Assembly (NCBI RefSeq): GCF_026571515.1
Contig: NW_026859253.1
Location: 124,001 to 188,000, forward strand
Direction of reading: 5' to 3'
Length of the DNA stretch: 64,000 nt
Origin: Ruditapes philippinarum
Lineage: Eukaryota
The position numbers and the translations under genes are program-made. Below are positions 24,301-37,600 of the stretch, in pieces; the stretch's first letter is position 1, and every line of letters starts with the position of its first letter. A model generated the notes under the pieces. It was not told the DNA's origin, searched no databases, and was given only the letters and a program-made list of their open reading frames with translations.

Positions 24301-27071
24301 ATTACGATACAATAAATGTCACAGTGAAAAACAGAATGAAATATTTAAACTAACTTACTGTACTGGTTCGAAACAGTTTGTATTTATGTGTTTTATTTGA
24401 AATAAGTAAATAAATAAATAAATAATGAAGGCAGATATATTAAACTTAAGTTTGAAACTAGTAAATTAGAAACTGAAAGGCATATTATGCCTAAGAAACT
24501 ATTCCCCCCCACCCCCTTCTTTAGAAAGGGCACACATGAGTTTTACAACGTTAAAATAGTGGTTTAAGAGCATTTATGAAGAAAATTGCGTGTAATGTGA
24601 AATATTTATCACAAAAGTATCAAAATGTAAAGAAAGTAGTACTTGACTTCCATACAAAATACTAAATCAATATATCTATTCTAACCGTCAGAATGTAACA
24701 GAAGCAAAACATGGTTCAAATAAATACTTAATTATTCATGTTTTGTAAACTTCTAAAGGCCAACAAAAATAACAAGCTTTTGATATATGAAACTGAAAGC
24801 AATGGTCAATTAAGTCAAAGTGCAATTTGTGTCAATAAACAAAAACTGTAAGATATTTTGACATGAGCTATTAGAGGCTTTGCTAAACATTGTTTACTAA
24901 TAAAGAATTGGCACAATATTCACCTACCGCTAAGGTTTCTGTTTTCAGAAAATCAGAAAATTTTAGTACTTGAAACCATAACCTGTTTGTACCAAACGTT
25001 ATTAGCCTTTGCCACCATCATAGATCCAGACCAGCTTGCACATTAATACATTCTGACCAGGCTCTATACTGTAGACTGACCAACTAAAGATTTCTATATT
25101 GATATCCCAAGAATAATAACGAACAGTTCCAAAAAGAAAGTTGCACAAATTCATCCAAGAAATACAGCAAGTTTCAACATAATGTTATTACACATTTTAT
25201 TTAAAAAAAATTAAACCCTTTTGAACATTAAATGTGATAAAGATGTGCAAGCACTGGCAAGGGTCATAAAGAAACGAGAAGAAAGATCAACAAGGCAAAA
25301 GCAACGTTCACAGGACGCAGCATAAAATACGATAATTTAAATGTCAGTTTAATAAACCGTGCCGTTAGCTCAATAGGTACAGCATTGTTATGTGATTCGC
25401 GGGGTTCGATTCCCGGACGGTGCAGGTCGCTTTCGTACTGTTTGATCATGAAGAACTTTCTACTATACTGCATGTAAAGAAGTTATCACTATACGCAAGA
25501 AATGATACGGTGCTTAACTGTGCTCTAGTAAATTCAGAAGTTATCACTATACGCAAGGAATGATACGGTGCTTAACTGTGCTCTAGTAAATTCAGAAGTT
25601 ATCACTATACGCCAGGAATGATGCGTTGCTTAACTGTGCTCTAGTAAATTCAGAAGTTATCACTATACGCCAGGAATGATGCGGTGCTTAACTGTGCTCT
25701 AGTAAATTCAGAAGTTATCACTATACGCCTGGAATGATGCGGTGCTTAACTGTGCTCCAGTAAATTCAGAAGTTATCACTATACGCCAGGAATGATGCGG
25801 TGCTTAACTGTGCTCTAGTGAATTCAGAAGTTATCACTAGACGCCAGGGATGATGCGGTGCTTCACTGTGCTCAAGTAAATTGAGAAGTCATCACTATAC
25901 GCTAGAAATGATGCGGTGCTTAACTGTGCTCAAGTAAATTGAGAAGTTATCACTATACGCTAGGAATGATGCGGTGCTTAACTGTGCTCAAGTAAATTGA
26001 GAAGTTATCACTAGACGCCAGGGATGATGCGCCGGTGCTTCACTGTGCTCAAGTAAATTGAGAAGTAATCACTATACGCTAGGAATGATGCGGTGCTTAA
26101 CTGTGCTCTAGTAAATTCAGAAGTTATCACTAGACGCCAGGAATGATGCGGTGCTTAACTGTGCTCTTGTAAATTCAGAAATTATCACTATACGCCAGAA
26201 TGATGCGGTGCTTAACTGTGCTCAAGTAAATTGAGAAGTTATCACTATACGCTAGGAATGATGCGGTGTTTAACTGTGCTCTAGTAAATTCAGAAGTTAT
26301 CACTATACGCCAGGGATGATGCGCCGGTGCTTCACTGTGCTCAAGTAAATTGAGAAGTAATCACTATACGCTAGGAATGATGCGGTGCTTAACTGTGCTC
26401 TAGTAAATTCAGAAGTTATCACTATACGCCAGGAATGATGCGGTCCTTAACTGTGCTCTAGTAAATTCAGAAGTTATCACTATACGCCAGGAGTGATGCG
26501 GTGCTTAACTGTGCTCTAGTAAATTCAGAAGTTATCACTAGACGCCAGGAATGATGCGGTGCTTAACTGTGCTCTTGTAAATTTAGAAGTTATCACTATA
26601 CGCCAGAATGATGCGGTGCTTAACTGCGCTCTAGTAAATTCAGAAGTTATCACTATACTTCAGGAATGATGCGGTGCTTAACTGTGCTCTAGTAAATTCA
26701 GAAGTTATCACTATACGCCTGGAATGATGCGGTGCTTAACTGTGCGCTAGTAAATTCAGAAGTTATCACTATACGCCAGGAATGGTGCGGTGCTTAACTG
26801 TGCTCTAGTAAATTCAATGTAGCTCCCGGTCGATATCCAGGAGGTAAACTACCAACACCAGCACCAACAACACCATATCAGTTAAGCAACCACCAACAAC
26901 ACCACGTCAGGTAAGCAACGAGGTAAAGCATGTGATTATAAAACTATGAAAACAAATAAATACAATGTACGAACCTTTTATTTCTGATTCACCCAAAGGC
27001 CGTGCCTGTGCTTCCGTACGGGTCCCTGACAGGATGACAATCATCAAAACAAACACAATAACCTTCAACAT
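21337..27071 (-). CDS. Secreted 8-Cys precursor, paralog C (348 aa, unknown family)
   Basis: Exons 27071-26975, 24179-24017, 23723-23537, 23057-22952, 22674-22471, 22006-21897, 21516-21337, same phases. MLKVIVFVLMIVILSGTRTEA...FRQGLL...CKPAMESLTAECKACTQAQC...LANPYNYLEGPL...LLPF-KRRKR-SLMN...CMEKCPPC...VCGSDVITKNET...MGVEYWYEKVVV*. Confidence 0.9.
25361..26905 (+). mobile_element. tRNA-derived SINE with an internally amplified satellite
   Basis: tRNA-like head with A box (tagctcaatagg) and B box (ggttcgattccc), body tgatcatgaa...ttctac, and a (CAA/CAC)-rich tail. Homologous to the copy at 27702. Confidence 0.7.
25478..26816. repeat. 58-bp tandem satellite, about 23 copies
   Basis: Unit AGAAGTTATCACTATACGCCAGGAATGATGCGGTGCTTAACTGTGCTCTAGTAAATTC, starting at 25478, 25536 and so on, in intron 1 of paralog C. 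Confidence 0.95.
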
Positions 27072-27701
27072 TTTAGTGAAATTGAAGGCGTATTTCTGAT
27101 ATGTCACAAATAACTCTTAAAACCAAATAATATGTTAAAGTATCGAATTGTATTTATATTCTCGCCCAGAGTGAACAAAGCTTATATACGTTAATCAATT
27201 TATAAACAACAACTGATTTAAGCTAAAGTGACAAAAAAGATACATCAAAAAAAGATTATTTACTTCAAAGCCCATTGTCTACTTAAGCCTCACATCACTT
27301 AATTCACTAGTGATTTTATCTAACTGCACAGCGACTGCACAAACTTTTGACAACACTTTGATGGTAAAAGTTGATAAAATATTTTTTTGGAGTTCAAACA
27401 TTATTAGTAAAAATGGGGGTGCTTTTAAAATACCATTAGACAGTCACGTAATAGCTTTTATACCATATTTTTTAATCTTAAACATCAAAATTAGCTTCGA
27501 GTGGAGAAGGACGTCAAGTTCAAAAGAGAACGTCAAGTTCAAGAGTTTGTAAGGCTGATCCAAGTGGTTCATGATGAGAAAGGGAGAGAAGTTGGTGGGG
27601 GAGTAATTTGCAAACAATAGCATAGTTTTGGAACTGATATAAAAGAAACACTAACTAATTTCTTAACCACATGTTTTATAATTGAAAACCATAAATTCAA
27701 A

Positions 27702-27945
27702 GCCGTCCGGTTAGCTTAATATGTATATAGCGTTAGACTGTGAATCGGGCGAGCAGGGTTCGATTCCTGGACGGCACATGATCATGAAATCCCTTCTACG
27801 GTCATGTACACTCTACCTTTGCACTGGCATATACAGAGGTTATTTATTCCTTGCAAAAGTGAAGCCATCTGGTACATATACTTGTAAACTGCTGGACAGT
27901 CTGCCTAGGAACGATGCGGTGATAGAAGTGTGTTCTGATAAATTA
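27702..27945 (+). mobile_element. tRNA-derived SINE
   Basis: Head gccgtccggttagcttaat...gggttcgattcctggacggca followed by a body homologous to the 25361 copy. Confidence 0.7.
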
Positions 27946-29841
27946 TTTGTTTTTATGGTAGCTAATTACTGCCAAATACGTGCAAATACCACATAGTCAC
28001 CACTTTTCCGTGTTATCATGTTTTCGATTTTGCACTCCGGGGAGCGAAAGTACGACAAATTGGTCACTATGATGTATTACTGTGTTCGCCTTTGCCCCCC
28101 CCCCCCCCCACACACACACACACACACCCGGAGAGAAAGTACGAAAGAATGTTGTATTTTCATGTTTTCGTGTGGTGCCCGGCTGAGAGAAAATATTTCA
28201 TGGAACAAATCAACCATCATAGTTTTCCCTCTAAACATATTTTTCTATGAAGCGTTTTATTTTATTTACTAAAAACGATATACATGCGCGTTGAAAAATA
28301 GCACCTTTTATCATACCTCTTTAAAATCATTACCAAACAATATTTACAAAAATCGCAGTGAACGCAGTATAATCTGAACGTTTAAATATATTCTCGATTG
28401 ATGATATCTTGGAATTTTAAAAGCAAACATTTCATTTTTATCATTTTACATCGCCTTTATCCTTTGATGGACTTTTTTATCATTGTTGTTTATTCAACAT
28501 CTTTATTTTATTTATGTTGGGAATATGTGCCTTAACGTCTACGTTTACCATTTTAAAAATAATTATATCAAGAAACATTACCAAAAATCACTATTTTGTA
28601 TTGCTTTTTATATTAATTATTTATTATATTTTTTACATTGTCTGTTCTTGATAATGGGTGGTCATAATATCAAGGCCTTTTTTAATGTAATTATGCTTTG
28701 TAACACATGCTTGAAATATTTCTGACAGTTCAGGGAATTGTTAGATATCGTATGTAGCTAAGTAAATGATTTGTCATTTTTCTAGAAAAGTAAGTGAAAA
28801 AAACTGACAAATTATCAAAACGTTATGACATATGTCATTTAAAATATCATACTGATGCCAACTTCACAATATTTTTCGCATTCTGTGCAGTCTGTTTTAT
28901 ATGTCTAAAATGATATAAAGACATTCTAACTTTTCGTACTGAAGTATGTATAATAAAAAGAAAGATAGCCAGTCCAGCTGTACTTCTTTGATAAGAAAAT
29001 TTGTTTGATGTTCTTGAAAGATTTCGAGAGAATTGGATGAATTTTAAAGTTGAAATACTAATATCAACTTCATAAGAGCAACTTCATAAGAGCTAAAGTC
29101 CACGAACGAACATTTTCTTTGACATTCTGAAGGATAAGTTTTAGGTTTATTATATGTTTTTCTAAAACAGCTTTTACAAGGGTGGCCTTAAAGTTTTTCC
29201 TTTGAATTGTTAAAAACTTAGTCGGTATAATTTGATTTAAGGATATTTTTTTCTTGCGCATTTCTACTATATGATGCGTTAGTGGATATACACTAACGTT
29301 GATAAAGTATTGCTTTTAACTGATGATAATGTATGTATTCGTTTTAGTGCAAAATGTTCAGCAAAAATTAAGTACACAAAAGTGAAGGTAGCGACAAATT
29401 CCTTTTCGCAATTTTGATTTTTTCCACATATCTGTCATGCTCATCAGATTTTATACGCAAGTGTATTTTATGTGTGTGCTCTAAGGGCTCAAAATGAATT
29501 AATAAAAATGTGCAATGATGATATTAAAACATTCAGATACCGTATCATTAGATCTACATGTTCATTTTAACAAAGAAAGACGCACGTTATTAAAGCCTAC
29601 AGTTACGAGCGGTTGTTTTTTCTTGTTGTTTTGCTGTTGTTGTTGTAGTTGTTGTTTTGTTGTTGTTGCAGCGTATGGTTTTATTATTTTATTTACATGT
29701 CTAGAACAAACTTCCATGACATCTGAAAAAGTAGTAGTCTTAACCTTTTAAGTAAAGCCAAATACTAAGTGACCTATTTTTCATCATCTTTAATCGCTGC
29801 GAAATAGTTAAATCTTTTGTAATTCATTAAAAATATTTTTA

Positions 29842-29960
29842 CGAGGGTTGTTCAAAAGCTTATAGGACTCCAGTTCTACTGTTTACATTTTTAATTGACC
29901 TGCACATTTGAATATGAAGATGCAAGACTCTTAGCCCTCTTACTTTTTGAACAGCCCTCG
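29842..29960. mobile_element. Tc1/mariner-type MITE
   Basis: TA|CGAGGGTTGTTCAAAAG ... CTTTTTGAACAGCCCTCG|TA. Confidence 0.7.
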
Positions 29961-31710
29961 TACTTCATTCATATTTTGCCGCCAGTTACCGTTTACACAT
30001 TTGAGCATACTCCATGCGACTCAATGGGTTAAATTTATTGGAGGCTATGCATCTTTTAGCTCCAGCAGGTGAGGTAGTTTTTTACCCAAAGGTTAGCCAA
30101 AATCGACTTTCCTGTTTCAGCACCATAATGACCTAAATTGTGTCGGTTCGCCGTAAAACCAAACACTAATTGTTACAGCAGATTCCACTGTTCAATTATA
30201 GGTATTATTCTAAGTCAATTACAGCACAGTTAGTAAAACTTATTGATTAAAGAGATACTGTACTCAGTTAATAAGATTTTACTCAGGATGCCCTACCTAT
30301 CGCATATAACCTGGCTGAAGCAACGGCACTGACTGACAGAATACATTATTGTGAACCAATTCATCTTTGAAAAATGTATATACATGTATCTTCCTAAGGA
30401 CCCGGGACTTAAAACTTTTATTATTTTTATCTTTTTAGTTGGTCGTGCTGACTTATTGGTTGATGATATATGTCAATGATAGGGGTGTGACGTTTATCCG
30501 TTTAAAAACCGGTCAAAAAATATGTTCGTGAAGTTGGCAGCCTAGCAGCCTAAAGTCGGTAAAAAGTTTTGTTCTAGCACTGCTGTAAAGAGTAGAAAAT
30601 CGAGTCTGATATGCAAGAAAATACATGTGGATCCACGCCTATGATATGTAGTATGAAGAGAATGCATGTGAATACGGATCCGCGCCTATATTAGGTATTA
30701 AGATGAAACTGGTGTGGAATATGGGATTGGCGGTTTAATTGGTTAATTATAATTGTAAGTACATGTATATTAAATGCCAAAAATCTCAAGAAGAATAACT
30801 TTATGTATTTACCTAAATTACGAAATCTCTGAAAGCATGTGTTTAACTGGGAATCAATTATATTTTCTTATGACGAGACAGAATTCACTTTGTTGGTGAT
30901 CTTATCATTTTTTAGGCGGGAAATTAAATACAGTTAACTCATGATATAATTTCATTAAAACCAGATATTAAATTTGTGCGGCTCCAGATGGGTTTGTTCC
31001 CTTCTTACCAAAGATAATTAAATCATGGTAAATCATATTAAATCATAAAAAATCATATTAAATCATGTGTTCCTACAATGATAATGTAATTAATTTGTGG
31101 CGGAAGTTGAAATGATAACAAATTTTCCATTAAGATTTTAACGATACTGCATAAAAACCCTTTTTCAATAGAGCCACTTATATTCTCCCGCTGTATCATT
31201 ACATATCTAAATATTGTCTATAAAAAAGTAAAAGGTAAAAAAAAAGACATAAAAGCTAAAAAATCATCATATATTTATTTTTTCAGAAAAAATGTACATG
31301 TGACATGAAACAAAATACCCAACAGAGATCCAAACCTTTATCCTAATTCGTATTTGTTCAATGAATGTTTAATTTATTACAAAACTATGTACATAAGTGA
31401 CATCATAGATAAAAAAACATTTATATACACGTAGATAAGGCTTAGAATATATGAGAGATCATTGTTAAATAATTACATGTATGTATTTAAATAGAGCTTT
31501 ATTTTAATCTTATATTAATAATGACTCATTTTATTCTGCTGTATTCATCAATTTCGAGCCCGCTTCCTCCACTGCAACCAGGAGGGGTATAATATGAACA
31601 AATTTGGCGGCAACCTTGGTTATCAACTTATCACACATGAATCCGAACCATTTGGTTTTCGCAAACAATGAAAGCCAATATTTTAATGTTTCACATATTC
31701 AAATAAAAAG

Positions 31711-32977
31711 ACAAGAGGGCCATGATGGCCCTGAGGTCGCTCACCTGTATAAAGGCCCCCCAAACCCCCAATTGACCCAGGGCTTTTATTTGAACAAACT
31801 TGGTAGACACTTATTAGAACATGTTATATGCTAAATATCTTAGCTCTAACTCTTTTGGTTCTTTAAAAGAAGATTTTTTAAGTTTTTACTATATGCATAT
31901 AGGGAAAATCAATGACCCCCCAGGGCGGGGCCAATTTTAACCCCAGGGCTTTTATTTAAACAAACTTGGTAGACACCTATTAGAACATGTCTGATGCTAA
32001 ATATCTTAGCCATAGCTCTTTGAGTTATTTAAAAGAAGATTTTTTAAGTTTTTACTATATGTATATAGGGAAAATCAATGACCCCCCGGGGCGGGGCCAA
32101 TTTTGACCCCAGGGCTTTTATTTAAACAAACTTGGTAGACACCTATTAGAACATGTTTGATGCTAAATATCTTAGCTCTAACTCTTTTGGTTCTTTAAAA
32201 GAAGATTTTTTAAGTTTTTACTATATGCATATAGGGTTAATCAATGACCACCTTGGGCGGGGCCAATTTTGACCCCAGGGCTTTTATTTGAACAAACTTG
32301 GTAGACACCTATTAGAACATGTTTGATGCTCAATATCTTAGCCATAGCTCTTTGAGTTCTTTAAAAGAAGATTTTTTAAGTTTTTACTATATGCATATAG
32401 GGAAAATCAATGACCCCCCGGGGTGGGGCCAATTTTGACCCCAGGGCTTTTATTTGAACAAACTTGGTAGAAACCCATTAGAACATGTTTGATGCTAAAT
32501 ATCTTAGCTCTAGCTCTTTGGGTTCTTTAAAAGAAGATTTTTTAAGTTTTTACTATATGCATATAGGGAAAATCAATGACCCCCCGGGGCGGGGCCAATT
32601 TTGACCCCTGGGCTTTTATTTGAACAAACTTGGTAGACACTCACTAGAAGATGTTTCATGCCAAATATCTAAGCTTTAGCTCTTATGGTTTTTTAAAAGA
32701 AGATATTTAAAGTTTTTTCTTTCGGTTGCCATGGCAACCAGAGTTCTGCATGGAATTAAATTCTTTGAACAATTTTTAAAGGTGACCACCAAAGGAACAT
32801 TCCTGTGAAGTTTGGATGAAATTGGCTTAGTGGTTTATGAGGAGATGTCATTTAAAGTAAAAGTTTACGGACGGACGACGGACGGACGACGGACGGACGG
32901 ACGGACGACGGACGGACGCCGGACGAAAAGCGATCACAAAAGCTCACCCTGTCACTTTGTGACAGGTGAGCTAAAAA
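31711..32977 (+). mobile_element. Non-autonomous Helentron (HINE, pearl-like) carrying 166-bp tandem repeats
   Basis: 5' hairpin agggccatgatggccct; subterminal IR gctcacctgt/acaggtgagc; 5-6 repeats with a 166-bp period (31779, 31945, 32111, 32277, 32443, 32609); (GACG/ACGG)n microsatellite; 3' hairpin; A-rich flanks. Confidence 0.8.
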
Positions 32978-32978
32978 A

Positions 32979-33030
32979 GGAGAGCGGTGACCGAGTGGTT
33001 AAGGTGTCTGCCTCTCAACCCAGAGATCAT
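32979..33030 (+). mobile_element. Truncated tRNA-derived SINE head
   Basis: ggagagcggtgaccgagtggttaaggtgtctgcctctcaaccc: A-box half only. Confidence 0.5.
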
Positions 33031-34638
33031 GTTGAGTGATATGTTGAAACCAAATAAAAAGAATGTATTGTATTGGTAAAAAGCTCCATAATTAAAAATG
33101 AAAGAAAGTTAAACACCTCAGGAATTCAACATTAAGAAAAGAAAGTTTCAATTTACAATATCAAATATTGATTTTTGTTCTTAATTTTAAGCAGTATCGG
33201 GAGGTTCCCGATTCGAGTCAGTTCTTTACTTAGAAAAATAAATAAAAATGGACGAAAAAGTACATTCATATAATTTCATAATCATAATCAATTCTTCTGA
33301 AAAGTAAAGAATGGATATTGTTTGCTACATCACACACTGTAGGTAAGAACAAATGATATAATGTCCATCACTTGAACAACTCTTGTTCATGCTACAAATA
33401 TGTTTTTCTACATTATTTAGCAAACGAGATCACGTGATTATACGTCTAAACTTAAAGCTCTGAATAATGCATTGCTATTGAATTTCTGTATAGAAACCGT
33501 TGAATTGATAGATTTTGTGTTATGATATAACAAATCAACGCCGACACGGAAACAGACGGGAAATGCCGAGAAATGCCGGAAAATGAGTATTACCTCAAAC
33601 GACATGCGATATGACGCAAACCTAAGGTATATTATACACATCGACTGTCAGTCTCATTACATACTTAATAACTTTTACATATATACAATCTCCGCCGACA
33701 GCGTTCCAGATGAAAAGCAAAAGAATAACTGTACACGATCTGTCCACGTGTATTGCCACGAAACTATCAGTGAGCACTGCAAACGGAATGAATATAACAC
33801 AAAATCCTCGTAGGAACTCAACAAGTCCACACTTAATTTCACAGTCTCTTTCATATTCTAAGTATCACTTATTCGTGACTTATTTATAACAGCTTAAGAT
33901 GTCTAGGCACCGTGTTATACGAAACTACCGACGACAGAAAAGAGGAATTTTCCACGATTTCACTGCCGAGTATAACGATAAATGTGAAATTATCATGATT
34001 GCCAACAAAGTGTTACTATTTCACTAGGCACGATCATGTTAAATTGCAGGTTCAAAATTGAGCGTTAAAATTATTTTGTTATATCCTTCCAGAAATTCTT
34101 TAAGAACAATTATGGAATATTCCAAAATTCAAATTGCGGAACATGCTTCTCACACGTGTAAAGTTATCTATTCCGAATTGTTGATTATTTGGGTTAAAAA
34201 AAATGTAAATGTATGTACATGTAGTATGCTCAAAGCTAAACACTCATTAATCATTGGTCTACTTTATCATTCACTGACCAATCAGAACGTTGCCATTATC
34301 TTCAATATACACATTAGCCAATCAGCATTTCGTATACATAAGCCAACCATTGCATCAGTACATATTAGCCAATCAGCGCGCTGTTATCTCGAAAACATCA
34401 TGGAACTCTAACATAAAATCTCACTTTTCAAGCCGTCCTTTTTTAATTTTGGGCTCATTTTAGGAGTTTTATTACCTTTATCATTTTTGCAGTCAGCATT
34501 GGTAAGGGAATCATTGCATGCTAATATAACAATGTCCACTTGATCACGTTTCGATGTATGTTTAAATGAACCAAACCTGTTAACAATCAGATCTTTATAA
34601 ATTCTGAACATTAGTTTCACGCGTTCCCCGCTTTTATT

Positions 34639-37600
34639 TTAGATAATCCCGAAACGTTCTAAATGTTTGCGAATGATCAAAGTTCGACAACCATCCAAAA
34701 CTCTCTGAATATTATTGGTGTCAACTGCGCATGTGTAGAAATATTCGCAGCTGTGGTTTTGGTGCCAATCCTTATTGATTACCTGTACCGAAGGTTTCAA
34801 CACGATATCTCCTTTCACAATTTTCTGAAACGTAAAAATATTACAAAATATAGGGTAATATGGTGAAAGTGAGAAAATAATTTGTAACACGGTGTATTTT
34901 GTCCGAGAAAATTGTGCTGTTTATTAATATATAGGTTATATAGATATGACACTGATTTTCTTTCATTAGATTAAGAAGATGAAAATATCTGGTGTGCATA
35001 TGTATTTAGAAATTGATATCACAGAGATTCACAGTAATAGGAGTGGCAACACGTGCTTTTTACTAGAAATACCGATTCATACGCTAATAAATATAGTCCC
35101 CGCATCATTAATGCTCAAGCCAGTTTTACAGACCGAAATGTCTTGAGCATAACAGCTAATGGTGGTCTGTTATAAACTATACGTTAAGGTAGACTAGTTT
35201 TTATGTTCTTCTGTCGCAAGGACGAAATTGCAAAGTCTGTCACGACAGATTTATGCTACGGTATATATGCTATGTTTTTTTTTGTATTCTGTGTAGTTTG
35301 CATTCTATTTGTCACGACTTCTTTTTACGCCTTACTCGTAGCATGGTGAAAAGTCTAGACAGCGCCAACACGACTGCCCTTGTCATTTTTTTCATTTTTT
35401 TTCGTCCCTCCAACAAAATTCGTGCACCTTGCGTGTTACCGTCCGTCGCATTTTCGCCTTGCTAATAAAAACTTGAAAGGTGGGCATTTGTGTGGTGCGT
35501 AGGAGTGTGTGTTGGAGGGTAGCAATGCAAAAGGGTTTAAAACGCAGAAATACGACAAGGCTATGTTATTATCATACATTCTTTTTAATCATTTATTCAC
35601 GAAATGCCAGAAAAAATATTTCTTTTTAGCGAGCTCGAAGAGCTGGCCCGAAGGGCCTGTTCGCAAAGCGAGCTTTACGGTAACGCGAGTTCCTGCTAGG
35701 TAGTGATGGTTTTGAAAACTTCCGTCCGAAGTACTGAATTGACACATCGCAACTTTTCGAATTACAAGATAACGATAAAAATCGAGGTATTCTGATTGAA
35801 AACGGAAGCGTAGACTGGTGTCCTTCAGACTTATATGGGCAATCTCCTACGCAGTGATCTCACCTTATAAGTACAGAGATTTCTGCCATCACAAACATTA
35901 AAATATCAATATTTTGATATCTTATATTTTTTAGCTTTTTAATTTATTTTTCATTGTTTTGTATACGTTTGATAATTTTTTGACAAAATATAACGGACGT
36001 AGGTACAAAAAGTTAAAAATAAAACAAAAGGAGAAAAATGACGTTAGATTTTCTATGTAACGGTCGATATTTACATTTGAATTTCGACGTGACGTCAGGG
36101 AGGTAATCACTGTGACGATTTTGTTATATTGGAACCATAATTGGACAAGGAACCAGAATAAACGGAAGTAGTGTATAAAATACCGAATGACTATTTTAAA
36201 ACGGAAAATGTAAAATAAAAATGAACGATTTTATACTATTTCACGGTAAAAGTAAATCGAGCTCGCTTCGAGACTTTGCCTTTTTCATATTAATTCATAC
36301 TTATTTATTGATTCATTTATTTCCATAAATTTTTTAATTTTACTCGGTAATTTATTTCATTTATAATTTTGTTACAAAACACAAACTTAACAAAGCATAG
36401 ATACCATAAATAGATGCTTAATGTAAACTGCATTTTTTATCAGGTCCTGATTAATATCGGCTGATTTTGATCCTGATCGGGATCCTCTTCGTCTTTTTCC
36501 GTCACTTTCCGGTCTATGGTACGCATCGGCAAACTCCAGCTTTTCAGAATCTGAAAAAAAAGAAGTTAAATAAAATTCGGAAAATAGAAAATTAGTAAAC
36601 ACATTTTTATTACAAGTTCAATTATTCCCGAAAACGATCTAAACAAGTCCAACCTTGATGTGACAGACAAGTAATAAAAGCATCTGTCTCAAAAACATCA
36701 GGCTGTCCTCAGGTCGGACATTTACGTACTGCAGTCATATCATGTCCAACGGCCGGCAGAATAAGTGTGTTTTTTTTTCAAATAACAATTGTTGTTGCTG
36801 TTAAAAATGATAAAATTGCGTTTTAAACTATTTGCATTCGAAAACAAAGCCCTCAGTTTAATGAGATAATCATATGCCTTATAGATTAAAAGTTCATTGT
36901 GATAAATTATATTAACAATTCTATTCTATAAATTCTGTAAATCTAAAAGTCTGTAAATTTACTGGTGACCCAGTTTAAATATTACCATCTCAATTTTCTG
37001 GATAGTGTCTATAGTTCAAATAAATATAGCTTAATTTAGAATATTTGTATCATGATCAGTTAAGAGGAATAATCGTAAGTTTTCTCTTTAAATATTTACC
37101 ACAATTTCCAGACAAAAACCTTCGTTTCAAACATGACATACTTTGAGGCCAAGTTGGTTGTGAAAAGTATAAAGAATGTTCAGACTATAGATGAAGATTT
37201 ATTAAGCAAGTGTCTAATGAAGTTTAACGGCCTATTGGGTATACAACTTAGTGGATTTGAAAAGTAAGAATCGTTTCTTTCTTTTTTCCGCAAAAAGAAC
37301 ATCGCATTTAAAGAAATTCCCAAGCTCTGATAAAGGACAAATTTCACCTTAGAATATGCATACTTCGTAAACTGACATGGGATTATGTCTTTAAACAATA
37401 AATGGGTGGGAATTTAATATTATCCGTTGTTATTCATACATAGTACCCCTCATTCGCTATAATAAAAGACGGACTCCAGAATCCAAAATCCGTCGAAGAC
37501 CGGAGACCGGCAACCATCAATTACTAGTCATGTGCCAGTTTTGTTGATTTCTTTTCGTTTAAGCGAAATGCGAATAAGGAAATAATCATTATGCATCGCA

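Noticed and set aside
25361-25424. Functional tRNA genes here and at 27702, 32979, 46530, 49180-49585
   Set aside because: Degenerate or partial cloverleaves continuing into repeat bodies; best explained as SINE heads.
25478-26816. CRISPR-like appearance of the 58-bp array
   Set aside because: Contiguous tandem units without unique spacers, in a eukaryotic intron, with no cas genes.
34277-34380. Cluster of CCAAT boxes (ccaatcag three times)
   Set aside because: Downstream of the G-alpha stop with no associated gene start; more likely a repeat remnant.
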